Virus record (IMG/VR): IMGVR_UViG_3300042940_001787 | Location: 1-33,966 of that record | DNA from: a virus | Lineage: Duplodnaviria; Caudoviricetes | DNA: 33,966 nt | Direction: 5' to 3' (one strand) | Shown: piece by piece, positions 21,161 through 29,447 of the stretch | Position numbering within the stretch: position 1 is the stretch's first letter | Layout of the letters: every line of letters begins with the position of its first letter | The notes under the pieces: model-generated | Told to the model about the DNA's origin: nothing | The model's database searches: none | Seen by the model: only the letters and a program-made list of their open reading frames with translations | Made by a program: the position numbers and the translations under genes

Positions 21161-21422
21161 TGCTGCTTGGCAAAGGAAAGAAGGGCAGAACCCCGAGGGC
21201 GGGCTGAATGCCCGCGGTCGTGCTTCATACAAGAGGCAGACTGGCGGTACCCTGAAGCCACCCGTTAGCAGGGAGCAGGCCAAGAAGTCACCGAAGTCTG
21301 CCGCTCGTCGGGAAGCTTTCTGCCGTCGCATGGAGGGCATGAAGAGCAAGCTGACCAGTGCCAAGACCGCACGTGATCCCGACAGCAGAATCAACAAGGC
21401 ACTACGCAAATGGGACTGCTGA
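21153..21422 (+). CDS. small basic protein, DUF6321-like
   Basis: 'AWQRKEGQNPEGGLNARGRASY...FCRRM...SRINKALRKWDC' recalled as DUF6321-like. Confidence 0.75.
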   Translation: MASAAWQRKEGQNPEGGLNARGRASYKRQTGGTLKPPVSREQAKKSPKSAARREAFCRRMEGMKSKLTSAKTARDPDSRINKALRKWDC

Positions 21423-23806
21423 ACCCGACACCCAGGGACCCTGACAATCCGGGGAGACCCAAGAAGCCGTCGTGGGTTCCCGAGGGCTACCGCCTTTCTA
21501 CGGCCGCCCCGACACAGGCTTTTGTGCGTCCAGGGCAAGCGGCTACCGGCCTTAGAAAGCGTACCGCTGAAGAACTGGCAATCCGCGACGCCTACGAAGC
21601 ATATAACGAGGCCAGGAACCGCAGGGTTATTGGTGATGACATTGGGGCGGCACCGCGGGCTCTCTTTGATGTTGCGTACAGGCATGGCATAAAGTACCCG
21701 GCGGAGTCAATGCAGAGGACGGTAACGGGCACGAACGCCGCCAGTTACCTCGATCCTCGCGGCGGGTTGCGGGCTGGCGAGCGCTTGGCTGGTATCGGCG
21801 AGGATGTTCTAAACATTGCCTCTATCGTCCCGTTCGCCAGAGCTGGTGTTGCTGCCCTGGAAGCACCGTTGATGGCGAGGGCTGTGACCCGCGGTATAGC
21901 CCAGGGGGAAGCTGCTGACCTGGCCCTTCGCCAGCAGTGGCGGGCGTATGACGATGCCAGGGCTGGTTATAAGGCGCGTGAGGCCGCCTGGCGTTCTTCC
22001 CCGGAAGGTATGGCCGCCGAGGCCAAGGCCAAGGCTGCCCATGAGGCCCGCTATGGGAACAAGGGGCCGTTCCCGCCTAGGCCGCCGGCATCGTATGGAG
22101 AAGAAAGCGGATTTCCGAAGCAGCCGGCCCAGCCCCGCCCCGCCGCCCCCCAACCTTCGCGTTACGAGTTGGCAAAACAAAAAGCACAAGAATCAATGGG
22201 CTTGATTTCCCGTAATCCAAATCCTCAACTTTTTGATAGACCGATTGAGGCAGAACCCCTTGCTGACCCGGCGAATACCGTAAGAGTGTGGCATACAAGC
22301 CCAACAGGAGATCCGCTGCCACGACGCCTTAATCCACTAGAGGATTTTTTGGAAATAGATTATTCTCCGGGGAGACGCGGTAATCCGCAAAGAAATCTTC
22401 TTTCGCCCGGTTTGTATACAACCGAAAATAGATCTATTTCCGGCACATATGGCCCGCGGCGTCAGGGACATGTTTATCCGAATTATGAGAGAACCGGCTC
22501 GTATGTACCCAGGGCTTATATGGATGAAACGAGTTTATACACCTATGGTAATGCACCTGAGGCTTTTACGGCCTCATATGATATCAGAAAACCAATTTCT
22601 GAAATTTCTGAACTAAAAATTGGTGACCTTTTAGATAATGGAAGACTTTCAGTAAAGCCCTCCGATTTTCCCCGTCCCTCCAACTGGGAATTAACAACAG
22701 TAAATCGTGGTGATTTGGATATTTCTAAATGGAATTTTGGCGGAAAAGACGTCTCCCAAATAACAATTTTAGACCTACTCAACGCTGCCCCCAACGAACA
22801 GGCTGCCCGTGCTGTAGTTCAATCCCTTGGTAGACCGGTTATCTCTTCAAGTAGGGTTAGTCTTAAATATCCACTTTTCCGATCACCTGGCGGAAAACCC
22901 AGTAGGTTTGCTTTGGGGACCGAAGATGCCCCGGCTTTTCTAATTGAAAATAGTTTTGAGCCCAGGAACTCGTTGTCTCCAACTACCCCTACCGTAAATC
23001 CACCTTCTTCTTCTATTCTTTTTGTTCGTGATCCGCAAACCGGCCAAATTGAAATGTGGGAGCCGCGGCCCTACCAATCACTTACTGGCAATTATTCCGA
23101 AGCCCCATTTCCGCTAAATGCTCCATATGTAACAAAAACTGCGGTTGATATTCCACCAGGTCAAAACTATTTTGATCTTCCGGTAACACGTTCGCCGGAA
23201 GGGGCTATACAAAACGTTGGGGGTATGAGGGCTCTCGATATTGAAAGAATGAGCCCCGACCAAGCGTCTAAAGTTGCCGAATCAACTGGGTCTTTTATGC
23301 GATCAATTGGAATTAGCCCAAATCATCCTGAATATGATGACATTTTGCAACGAATTATGAAACCGAAGGCAAGTCGTGATGAGGCGTGGATGGACTGGAA
23401 ACTTGCACAGGATACGATATTTAGCATTACTGGTGACCCGTATGCAAAATCAAAGTGGTACCAATGGCTTAAAAATGAGATGGGCATCGAGGTCATACCC
23501 CATCCCGGCGGCGCAAACTTGGGCGGCATGATGCACCAGGCATATGTTTTTAATTCCCCCGAAAAGCTTCCTCCGTCGCGGTATATCCCGCCCCGCGATA
23601 TAGAATCTTCGGTTAGCGACATTACATCCCAATACATGAATGACTACCTTCGGGCCACTAGCCAAATGCAACGGGCTGGCTCTTCCGCCGTGCCGTATCG
23701 CCTCCCCCCGGGCCGGCCCGCTGCCGAGTTTTTAAATCAGGCATTCGCCGGGTACATGGCAAACGCTATGCGCCCGCGCCCCCAAAACGGGAACAGCCCG
23801 CGCTAG
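21410..23806 (+). CDS. 798-aa protein with putative ADP-ribosyltransferase (ART-PolyVal-like) motifs
   Basis: VWHTS...PGLYTT....S..Y and distal GIEVIPHPGG...HQAYVFNSP. The 3' two-thirds is more AT-rich. Confidence 0.55.
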   Translation: MGLLNPTPRDPDNPGRPKKPSWVPEGYRLSTAAPTQAFVRPGQAATGLRKRTAEELAIRDAYEAYNEARNRRVIGDDIGAAPRALFDVAYRHGIKYPAESMQRTVTGTNAASYLDPRGGLRAGERLAGIGEDVLNIASIVPFARAGVAALEAPLMARAVTRGIAQGEAADLALRQQWRAYDDARAGYKAREAAWRSSPEGMAAEAKAKAAHEARYGNKGPFPPRPPASYGEESGFPKQPAQPRPAAPQPSRYELAKQKAQESMGLISRNPNPQLFDRPIEAEPLADPANTVRVWHTSPTGDPLPRRLNPLEDFLEIDYSPGRRGNPQRNLLSPGLYTTENRSISGTYGPRRQGHVYPNYERTGSYVPRAYMDETSLYTYGNAPEAFTASYDIRKPISEISELKIGDLLDNGRLSVKPSDFPRPSNWELTTVNRGDLDISKWNFGGKDVSQITILDLLNAAPNEQAARAVVQSLGRPVISSSRVSLKYPLFRSPGGKPSRFALGTEDAPAFLIENSFEPRNSLSPTTPTVNPPSSSILFVRDPQTGQIEMWEPRPYQSLTGNYSEAPFPLNAPYVTKTAVDIPPGQNYFDLPVTRSPEGAIQNVGGMRALDIERMSPDQASKVAESTGSFMRSIGISPNHPEYDDILQRIMKPKASRDEAWMDWKLAQDTIFSITGDPYAKSKWYQWLKNEMGIEVIPHPGGANLGGMMHQAYVFNSPEKLPPSRYIPPRDIESSVSDITSQYMNDYLRATSQMQRAGSSAVPYRLPPGRPAAEFLNQAFAGYMANAMRPRPQNGNSPR

Positions 23807-23809
23807 TAT
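23804..23809 (+). promoter_or_regulatory. -10 element of a leaderless transcript
   Basis: TAGTAT, 6 nt, then ATG at 23816; no SD. Confidence 0.5.
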
Positions 23810-23815
23810 AGGGCG

Positions 23816-24772
23816 ATGCAGCTCAAACTGAATCAGGCGGCACCTGCGTGGCCGGTCGTGCAGCAATCACCCAAAATCATTGTACCCCGCAACAGGACGC
23901 AGCCCGTGTCATCGGAGATGCAGCGTTGCGTCGTTCTCCCCGACGCACAGATCGGATACTTCCGCAACAGAAAGAACAAACTGGAGCCAACACACGATGA
24001 AAAAGCCATTTCGCTTGCCCTGGACATTACTAGAATGGTCAACCCGGACATTGTTGTTCTCCTGGGAGACAACCTCGACCTTCCTGAACTCAGCAAGTAC
24101 CGCATTACGCCGGCCTACCAACAGACAACCCAGGCCACAATCGACAGAGCGGCCATATTTTGTGGACAAGTTAGAGATGCTGCCCCTCACGCAAGGATCG
24201 TTTGGCTGGCGGGTAATCACGAAGAACGGCTCCCAAACCACATCCTCGACAACGCCCGGGCAGCTTTCGGTCTACGACGCGGCAATATACCCGACACGTG
24301 GCCAGTCCTCTCGGTTCCTTACCTATGTCGCATGGAGGATTTCGGCATCGAATACCATCCGGGCTATCCGGCGAATCATGTATGGCTGAACAGCAAGATC
24401 AGAATCATTCATGGCAACAAGGTGAAGAGCAGTGGGTCAACCGCTCACATGTATCTTGCGAATGAAAAGCACAGCGTCATTTATGGTCACATCCACCGAA
24501 TCGAAACCGCCTACAAGACGCGAGAGGACTTCGAGGGTCCTCGCACGATTATGGCAGCCTCTCCGGGATGTCTTGCTCGCATTGATGGTGCTGTCCCAAG
24601 CACTAAGCAGGGAATGGATATCGATGGTCGGCCGCTCGTTTCAACGGAAAACTGGCAACAGGGACTAGCGATAGTTGAGTATGAAACCAGCGGAAAGCAG
24701 CGCTTCACCTATGAGTGTATCCCGATTTTTGGGGGCACTGCCAATTACAGGGGTAAGTGGATTACCATATAG
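23816..24772 (+). CDS. calcineurin-like metallophosphoesterase
   Basis: DAQ, GDNLD, GNHE, HG and GHIH motifs. Confidence 0.9.
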   Translation: MQLKLNQAAPAWPVVQQSPKIIVPRNRTQPVSSEMQRCVVLPDAQIGYFRNRKNKLEPTHDEKAISLALDITRMVNPDIVVLLGDNLDLPELSKYRITPAYQQTTQATIDRAAIFCGQVRDAAPHARIVWLAGNHEERLPNHILDNARAAFGLRRGNIPDTWPVLSVPYLCRMEDFGIEYHPGYPANHVWLNSKIRIIHGNKVKSSGSTAHMYLANEKHSVIYGHIHRIETAYKTREDFEGPRTIMAASPGCLARIDGAVPSTKQGMDIDGRPLVSTENWQQGLAIVEYETSGKQRFTYECIPIFGGTANYRGKWITI

Positions 24773-24775
24773 GCC

Positions 24776-25096
24776 ATGAGCCTCGACTTTGACCTTGTTC
24801 CCGTTCTTATTGAGTGGCACGACGCGCATGTGGGTGTCGACGGATGGGCAGAACGCTGCGATCTCGACGACAACGCTCCGTGCATTGTCCACAGTTGCGG
24901 TTTTCTTCTGCCCACAGACATGGGTGGAAAAGAAAATCATGTGAGCCTGGTGGCTACATGGTCGGATGACGATATGGTACATTCTGTGTTCCACATTCCA
25001 CTGCAGATGGTGCAGAGGATTACTAGATTGATGAGGTCTCATGAACTGGCGAATGTTGCTGTATTTCCTGACGAACAAGGTCGTTCCAGCGGGTGA
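24776..25096 (+). CDS. hypothetical phage protein
   Basis: 106 aa with 'IEWHDAH...SCGFL...HIPLQMV'. Confidence 0.7.
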   Translation: MSLDFDLVPVLIEWHDAHVGVDGWAERCDLDDNAPCIVHSCGFLLPTDMGGKENHVSLVATWSDDDMVHSVFHIPLQMVQRITRLMRSHELANVAVFPDEQGRSSG

Positions 25097-25172
25097 TTAC
25101 GAGACCGATCAGCTGCTGAACCTCGTCGAAGAGGTGCAGAAGATCATTCGCGCACAGAACCAGGCCGCTTAG
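25041..25172 (+). CDS. small hypothetical protein (not in ORF track)
   Basis: MNWRMLLYFLTNKVVPAGDYETDQLLNLVEEVQKIIRAQNQAA*, with GAGGT upstream; overlaps the previous gene by 56 nt. Confidence 0.45.
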   Translation: MNWRMLLYFLTNKVVPAGDYETDQLLNLVEEVQKIIRAQNQAA

Positions 25173-25181
25173 TGCTATACT
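25173..25181 (+). promoter_or_regulatory. extended -10 promoter for the Rpf-RecT operon
   Basis: TGcTATACT, upstream of the AGGAG RBS and ATG 25216. Confidence 0.55.
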
Positions 25182-25215
25182 GGTAAAGGTGGTCATTGCC
25201 TTAGGAGCTGAACCA

Positions 25216-25398
25216 ATGTCTGAACAATTGGAAATCGGTACGGAAGTGCGCGTCCTCAATCAGCCGGGCACTTACACCGTTTACAGTTACAACAAAGACG
25301 GTAGCTACTGCCTGTACGGCGGTACGCTTACTCATCGGGCGTTCCGCGACGTGATGCCGAATCGGGTTCGTCCCGCCAAAAAGAAAGAACGCAAATGA
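25216..25398 (+). CDS. small SH3-like beta protein
   Basis: 60 aa with TTAGGAG RBS; ATGA-coupled to the next gene. Confidence 0.7.
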   Translation: MSEQLEIGTEVRVLNQPGTYTVYSYNKDGSYCLYGGTLTHRAFRDVMPNRVRPAKKKERK

Positions 25399-25841
25399 AG
25401 CGCATCCTTGCCGGCGTCCTCGCCGGCTTTTTTCTCTTTCCGACCTCGGTTGGTGCCAGTACTCAGGGCTGCATCTCCAAGGCCAGTGTCCATGTCATGC
25501 CACCCCGCTACTGGGATTTGGTTGCGATCTGTGAGAGCAGCCAAGACGGCGAAACGGCCAACTGGCAGGACCGGGGCAACTGGGCTGGCGGTCTCGGCAT
25601 CGCCCGTGGAACCTGGAACAGATACGGAGGTCGACAGTTTGCGGCCACCCCCGACAAGGCAACCAGGGAAGAGCAAATAATTGTTGCCAATCGAATATCT
25701 GTGTTGGGTTTCACATACAAAGACGGCTACTATAAGTGGCCAGTAGGGTTCTTCGGTTGGGGATGCATCAAGAACAGGTCGTCTCTCCACCCGAAGAAAT
25801 GGGAACACGCAGCAAGGAAGCAGAAAAGATGTCCGAACTAG
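25395..25841 (+). CDS. secreted resuscitation-promoting-factor-like lytic transglycosylase
   Basis: Signal peptide MKRILAGVLAGFFLFPTSVGA; WDLVAICES, NW, GGLGI...TWNRYGG and ATREEQIIVA match the Rpf domain. Confidence 0.85.
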   Translation: MKRILAGVLAGFFLFPTSVGASTQGCISKASVHVMPPRYWDLVAICESSQDGETANWQDRGNWAGGLGIARGTWNRYGGRQFAATPDKATREEQIIVANRISVLGFTYKDGYYKWPVGFFGWGCIKNRSSLHPKKWEHAARKQKRCPN

Positions 25842-26344
25842 AGAAAGTCAACCAGCTACCGGAACAGGCCACCCCGGAGCTAATCGCAGCATTTCAGCAG
25901 GCGCTCGTCCACATGGATGATTTTCGCCAAGACCTTGCAGAGCAGGGGAACTGGGAAGCTTTGGCGCAGGGCTTGATCCACCTCAACGAGTTTAAGAAGA
26001 ATCTCAGCATTCTTATTGAGGCGATCGAGCTGAACATCAACGAGACACTGCCCGACAAAAAGGTCGTGGCCCCCGGTATCGGCGTCATTGAGAAGCGAAC
26101 CAGCTCCAGCAAGAAGTGGGAGAGCGAAAGGCTGCTCAATGAGATCGTGCGTAGCTGTCTCGACAATGGGACTGGCGAGATCACACCGTCTGACGTGATG
26201 GGGCTGATCGACGTGCTGAAGCGTGTCTTGCCCCTCACTGCATCTCTCGGCTGGCGCAGTACAGAACTTGAACGACACGGGTTTGCACCCAAGGAGTTCA
26301 GCGATACAGTGTGGGGACGCAAGACCGTCAGCATCAAGAAGTAG
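25829..26344 (+). CDS. hypothetical protein (recombination module)
   Basis: Start moved to ATG 25829; 171 aa. Confidence 0.7.
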   Translation: MSELEKVNQLPEQATPELIAAFQQALVHMDDFRQDLAEQGNWEALAQGLIHLNEFKKNLSILIEAIELNINETLPDKKVVAPGIGVIEKRTSSSKKWESERLLNEIVRSCLDNGTGEITPSDVMGLIDVLKRVLPLTASLGWRSTELERHGFAPKEFSDTVWGRKTVSIKK

Positions 26345-26352
26345 GAGGCCCA

Positions 26353-26778
26353 ATGCAGACATTTGTTCCATACGCATCGTTCCATTTGTCGGCCATGTCG
26401 CTCGACAGGCAACGTCTCGGCAAGCAACGTGTAGAGACGCTCCAGCTGCTCAACGCGATTACTGGCCGTAGCAAGGGCTGGACCACACACCCCGCTGCCG
26501 TCATGTGGCGCGACAATCCCGCCGGCCTCGCCGCATACGGTGTCGCCGTGTGTCAGGTGTGGCGTTCGCGCGGTTACAACGACACGTGCGAGTCCAAAAT
26601 CATCGACATAGTGCAACCCGATGCATCCGACCTTCCCGAGTGGTGGGGCGATGATCGTGTACACTCATCCCATCGCGCCAACTTGCTCCGGAAGTTCCCC
26701 GAGCATTACAGCAAGTTCTACTGGAAAGAAGATCCCACAATGCCATACTTTTGGCCCACACAGGAGGTAACAGCATGA
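26353..26778 (+). CDS. pyrimidine-dimer DNA glycosylase / endonuclease V family (MSMEG_6728-like)
   Basis: MQTFVPY...LDRQRLGKQRVE...HPAAVMWR...HSSHRANLLRK...PYFWP; AGGAGG RBS. Confidence 0.85.
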   Translation: MQTFVPYASFHLSAMSLDRQRLGKQRVETLQLLNAITGRSKGWTTHPAAVMWRDNPAGLAAYGVAVCQVWRSRGYNDTCESKIIDIVQPDASDLPEWWGDDRVHSSHRANLLRKFPEHYSKFYWKEDPTMPYFWPTQEVTA

Positions 26779-27632
26779 CCGATATGGTCCCCGTCAACTA
26801 CGAAATGATGTGGAAGGTGAGCCAGCGTGTCACCAACACACCGTTCGTTCCCAAGGGTTTGCAGGGCAAGCCCGAAGCAGTCCTCGCCTGCATTCTGTAC
26901 GGCGCAGAGATGGGCATCGGCCCAATGCAGTCGCTCAACAGCATCCACGTCATCGAGGGCAGGGCTGCAATGTCTCCCGAACTGATGAGGGCGATGGTCG
27001 CGCGGCATGGCCACAGAATCGACGTGTTGGAGAACAGCAGCACGGCTTGCGAGATGAAAGGCAGCCGAAGCGACACGGGCAGCACGGCCACAGTGCGATG
27101 GACGATGGACGACGCAAAGCTCGCCGGCCTCGCCGGCAAGAACAACTGGAAAACGTACCCCAGGGCAATGCTCATGGCGCGATGCACCAGTGAACTTTGC
27201 AGAATCCTGTTCCCCGACATCATTGCCGGCCTCAGCTACACACCTGAAGAGGTCGCCAGCATCGAGGGCGTTGAGGTGGACATGGTTGACGAGATCCCCG
27301 AGGTCGTCGAGGAGCCAGCAGTCGAGGAACTTGTGGTCGCGGAAATCATCGACGAGGAGGACGACGAGCGCAGGGTCAAGATTGGCAGTGCGGTTCAGGA
27401 CATCGCCAAAGAGATGGTCGAGTCCGGTGTCGTGGGCAATGCCACCACCCCCTCATACGAAGAGCGCCTCCGCATTGCAGAGACATGGGGTGGGTGGCCA
27501 CTGGTGAGGGCCGTTGCAAATGCAACCGCAAATCAAATCAAATGCGACAAGCCGATCTCGTTCCCCGAACTTGCCCATAACGAACCGCTGTGGATCCGGG
27601 TGAAAGAAAAGATGGAAGATCGCGGCCGATGA
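26775..27632 (+). CDS. recT: RecT-like single-strand annealing protein
   Basis: FVPK...GKPE...GAEMGIGPMQSLNSIHVIEG...WTMDDAKLAGL..KNNWKTYPRAML.AR...FPD...YTPEE. Confidence 0.8.
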   Translation: MTDMVPVNYEMMWKVSQRVTNTPFVPKGLQGKPEAVLACILYGAEMGIGPMQSLNSIHVIEGRAAMSPELMRAMVARHGHRIDVLENSSTACEMKGSRSDTGSTATVRWTMDDAKLAGLAGKNNWKTYPRAMLMARCTSELCRILFPDIIAGLSYTPEEVASIEGVEVDMVDEIPEVVEEPAVEELVVAEIIDEEDDERRVKIGSAVQDIAKEMVESGVVGNATTPSYEERLRIAETWGGWPLVRAVANATANQIKCDKPISFPELAHNEPLWIRVKEKMEDRGR

Positions 27633-27706
27633 GCTGGGAAGCTTTCGCAACAATGTACGTCATTGCCAGCATCGCAATGATTGTCCACATCCTCCGCAAG
27701 TACTAA
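27629..27706 (+). CDS. 25-aa hydrophobic peptide (not in ORF track)
   Basis: MSWEAFATMYVIASIAMIVHILRKY*, ATGA-coupled to recT and ending just before the hairpins. Confidence 0.5.
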   Translation: MSWEAFATMYVIASIAMIVHILRKY

Positions 27707-27709
27707 ATT

Positions 27710-27804
27710 GGTGACCCCCGGCGTAGGAGGCACCGCCGGGGGTCATAACAATGATAAACGAAAACCCCGGGGCTGGTTAGACCCCGGGGTTTTGCGTTAG
27801 GAGC
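27710..27804 (-). ncRNA. candidate antisense small RNA with anti-SD 5' end and anti-SD loop
   Basis: Minus-strand TATAAT (27811-27816), 6 nt, then 5'-GCUCCUAA, hairpin 27761-27793, and 12-bp hairpin 27712-27745 with loop GUGCCUCCUA. Confidence 0.45.
27761..27793. terminator. bidirectional intrinsic terminator between convergent operons
   Basis: AAAACCCCGGGG...CCCCGGGGTTTT, giving T-tracts on both strands. Confidence 0.8.
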
Positions 27805-27841
27805 GAAGTGATTATACATCGCGCCTGGGTGCGAGTGGAGG

Positions 27842-28126
27842 CTAGAAGAGCGGAATCTTTCTGCCGTAGACGGTCGTTCCCTTTTCGGTCTTACGTGCGA
27901 CAAATTCGTACTGGTCGCCGTACTTTTTCTGTGCGTCCGAAGCTCGCTGGTAGCCCGACTGCTTGGCGCTGTATGTGTGGAACACCGCCCATACGCCCTC
28001 GTTGGCGTCGAGAAAGGCCACGAATTCGCTCATCAGCGGAAGCCCCTCGCGGTACCCATTGCGGGGCGGCGGGGGAGATTCGATTTGAAATCCGAGTGCG
28101 TTATCGTCACTGTGATGTGTCGGCAT
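27842..28126 (-). CDS. hypothetical protein (possible small DNA-binding protein)
   Basis: 94 aa, with TAGGAG RBS on the minus strand and its own promoter. Confidence 0.75.
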   Translation of the reverse strand: MPTHHSDDNALGFQIESPPPPRNGYREGLPLMSEFVAFLDANEGVWAVFHTYSAKQSGYQRASDAQKKYGDQYEFVARKTEKGTTVYGRKIPLF

Positions 28127-28172
28127 GATTTGCTCCTATGGGGTTGAGTGTCACGGTGCGTGACATGGTGCG

Positions 28173-28201
28173 AGTGTAGTACACGGAAGCGGAACTTCCA
28201 A
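28173..28201 (-). promoter_or_regulatory. promoter for the 27842-28126 gene
   Basis: Minus strand TTGGAA, 17 nt, TACACT; followed by inverted repeat TGTCACG-N3-CGTGACA (28149-28165). Confidence 0.55.
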
Positions 28202-28241
28202 CGCGGCGAGTCGCCTTCGCCGGGGGCTTCGCCCCCTGGGG

Positions 28242-28535
28242 CTACACGGGTATCCAGTAGTGGCGGCTCGCGGTAGCAACTTCCAGCGTGAACCGCATCG
28301 CCTGCGCGAGCGTGTCGGGGAAGCCTTTTAGCTCACTCTGCTGGCGCACCACGATCAGCTCGCCTGCGGCTGTTTGGTACTCGATCCGGAGTGCGTATGT
28401 TCCGGCACCTGTTCGGGCGATAATCCAACGGCCCGTTCCGGGGATAGTGTTCACGATCCCGGCAAGCTGTGGTGGGGGCGGCATTTCTTCGGTCAGACGG
28501 TCTGCCAAAATTTCTAGGTCGGAAATAGTTGCCAT
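28242..28535 (-). CDS. hypothetical protein, leaderless
   Basis: 97 aa; minus strand TAGTAT, 6 nt, ATG; small GC hairpin at 28220-28239 after the stop. Confidence 0.65.
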   Translation of the reverse strand: MATISDLEILADRLTEEMPPPPQLAGIVNTIPGTGRWIIARTGAGTYALRIEYQTAAGELIVVRQQSELKGFPDTLAQAMRFTLEVATASRHYWIPV

Positions 28536-28557
28536 ACGGAGATACTACTGGTACATT
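28529..28557 (+). promoter_or_regulatory. early promoter overlapping the divergent leaderless promoter
   Basis: TTGCCA, 17 nt, TACATT, with a TGn extension. Confidence 0.7.
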
Positions 28558-28595
28558 GCGTCCCGTCACACCCACAACCAAGAAAGAAGGACACC

Positions 28596-29447
28596 GTGAC
28601 TACCACATCCACCCCGAGCTGTTGGTCAGACCTTGACCTCGCTCTCGCCAGCGGTATCGACCGCATCCTGCTGTACGGCAAGCCCGGAACGGGCAAAACC
28701 TACTACGCACTCACGCAACAGCTGAACCACAACCGCCGCACACGGAACGCCTATCGCGTCCTCTGCTCGCCCGACATGACCACCGCCGAGGTGGACGGTC
28801 TGTGGCGACCCAGCAAGGACGAGTGGAAGTTCGCGGAAGGCTCCGCGCTCCGTGCGTGGACGGACGGGGGCAGGCTCATCCTGGACGAGCTTGACCAGGC
28901 TTCCGGCGATGTGCTGACGGCTCTTCTGCTCATCTGCGACTCTGACGGTTCTGCCGTGCGCGAGCATCCCGAGACGGGAGCGAAGATGACCCCGAAGGAA
29001 GGCTTCCAGATCATTGCCACGACCAACGCCGAGCGACTGAGCGATCTCCCAGCAAACCTGCTTGACCGCTTCCCCGTCCGTATCAACATCAACACGGTGA
29101 ACCCAGCCGCGCTGGAAGGACTGCCCCACAACCTGCGCCCCATCGCACAGTCCTACGCCGAACGGGAGAAGAACAGGTACAGCCTGCGCTCGTTCTTCGC
29201 CTACGACCGCCTCGCCAACACGGCCGGGGTCGAGCGTTCCACCGCCCTGCGCCTTGTGTTCGGGGAAGTCGAGGCACGGCAAATCGACCAGGCACTCAGC
29301 ATCGCTGACCTCACCGCCAGCGCAGAGGGCGGTAGCGCGTTCCCCGAGGAGACTCGCTACACGCCTTCGGCCTCCACGCACATCGTGGGCCCCGTTTGCG
29401 AGTGCGACCCCGAACTGGACGAGTCCTGCGAGGAGTGCGACTACTGA
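28596..29447 (+). CDS. MoxR/CbbQ-type (dynein-related) AAA+ ATPase
   Basis: Walker A GKPGTGKT, Walker B LILDE, sensor-1 ATTN, Arg finger LLDRF, sensor-2 SLR. Confidence 0.92.
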   Translation: MTTTSTPSCWSDLDLALASGIDRILLYGKPGTGKTYYALTQQLNHNRRTRNAYRVLCSPDMTTAEVDGLWRPSKDEWKFAEGSALRAWTDGGRLILDELDQASGDVLTALLLICDSDGSAVREHPETGAKMTPKEGFQIIATTNAERLSDLPANLLDRFPVRININTVNPAALEGLPHNLRPIAQSYAEREKNRYSLRSFFAYDRLANTAGVERSTALRLVFGEVEARQIDQALSIADLTASAEGGSAFPEETRYTPSASTHIVGPVCECDPELDESCEECDY

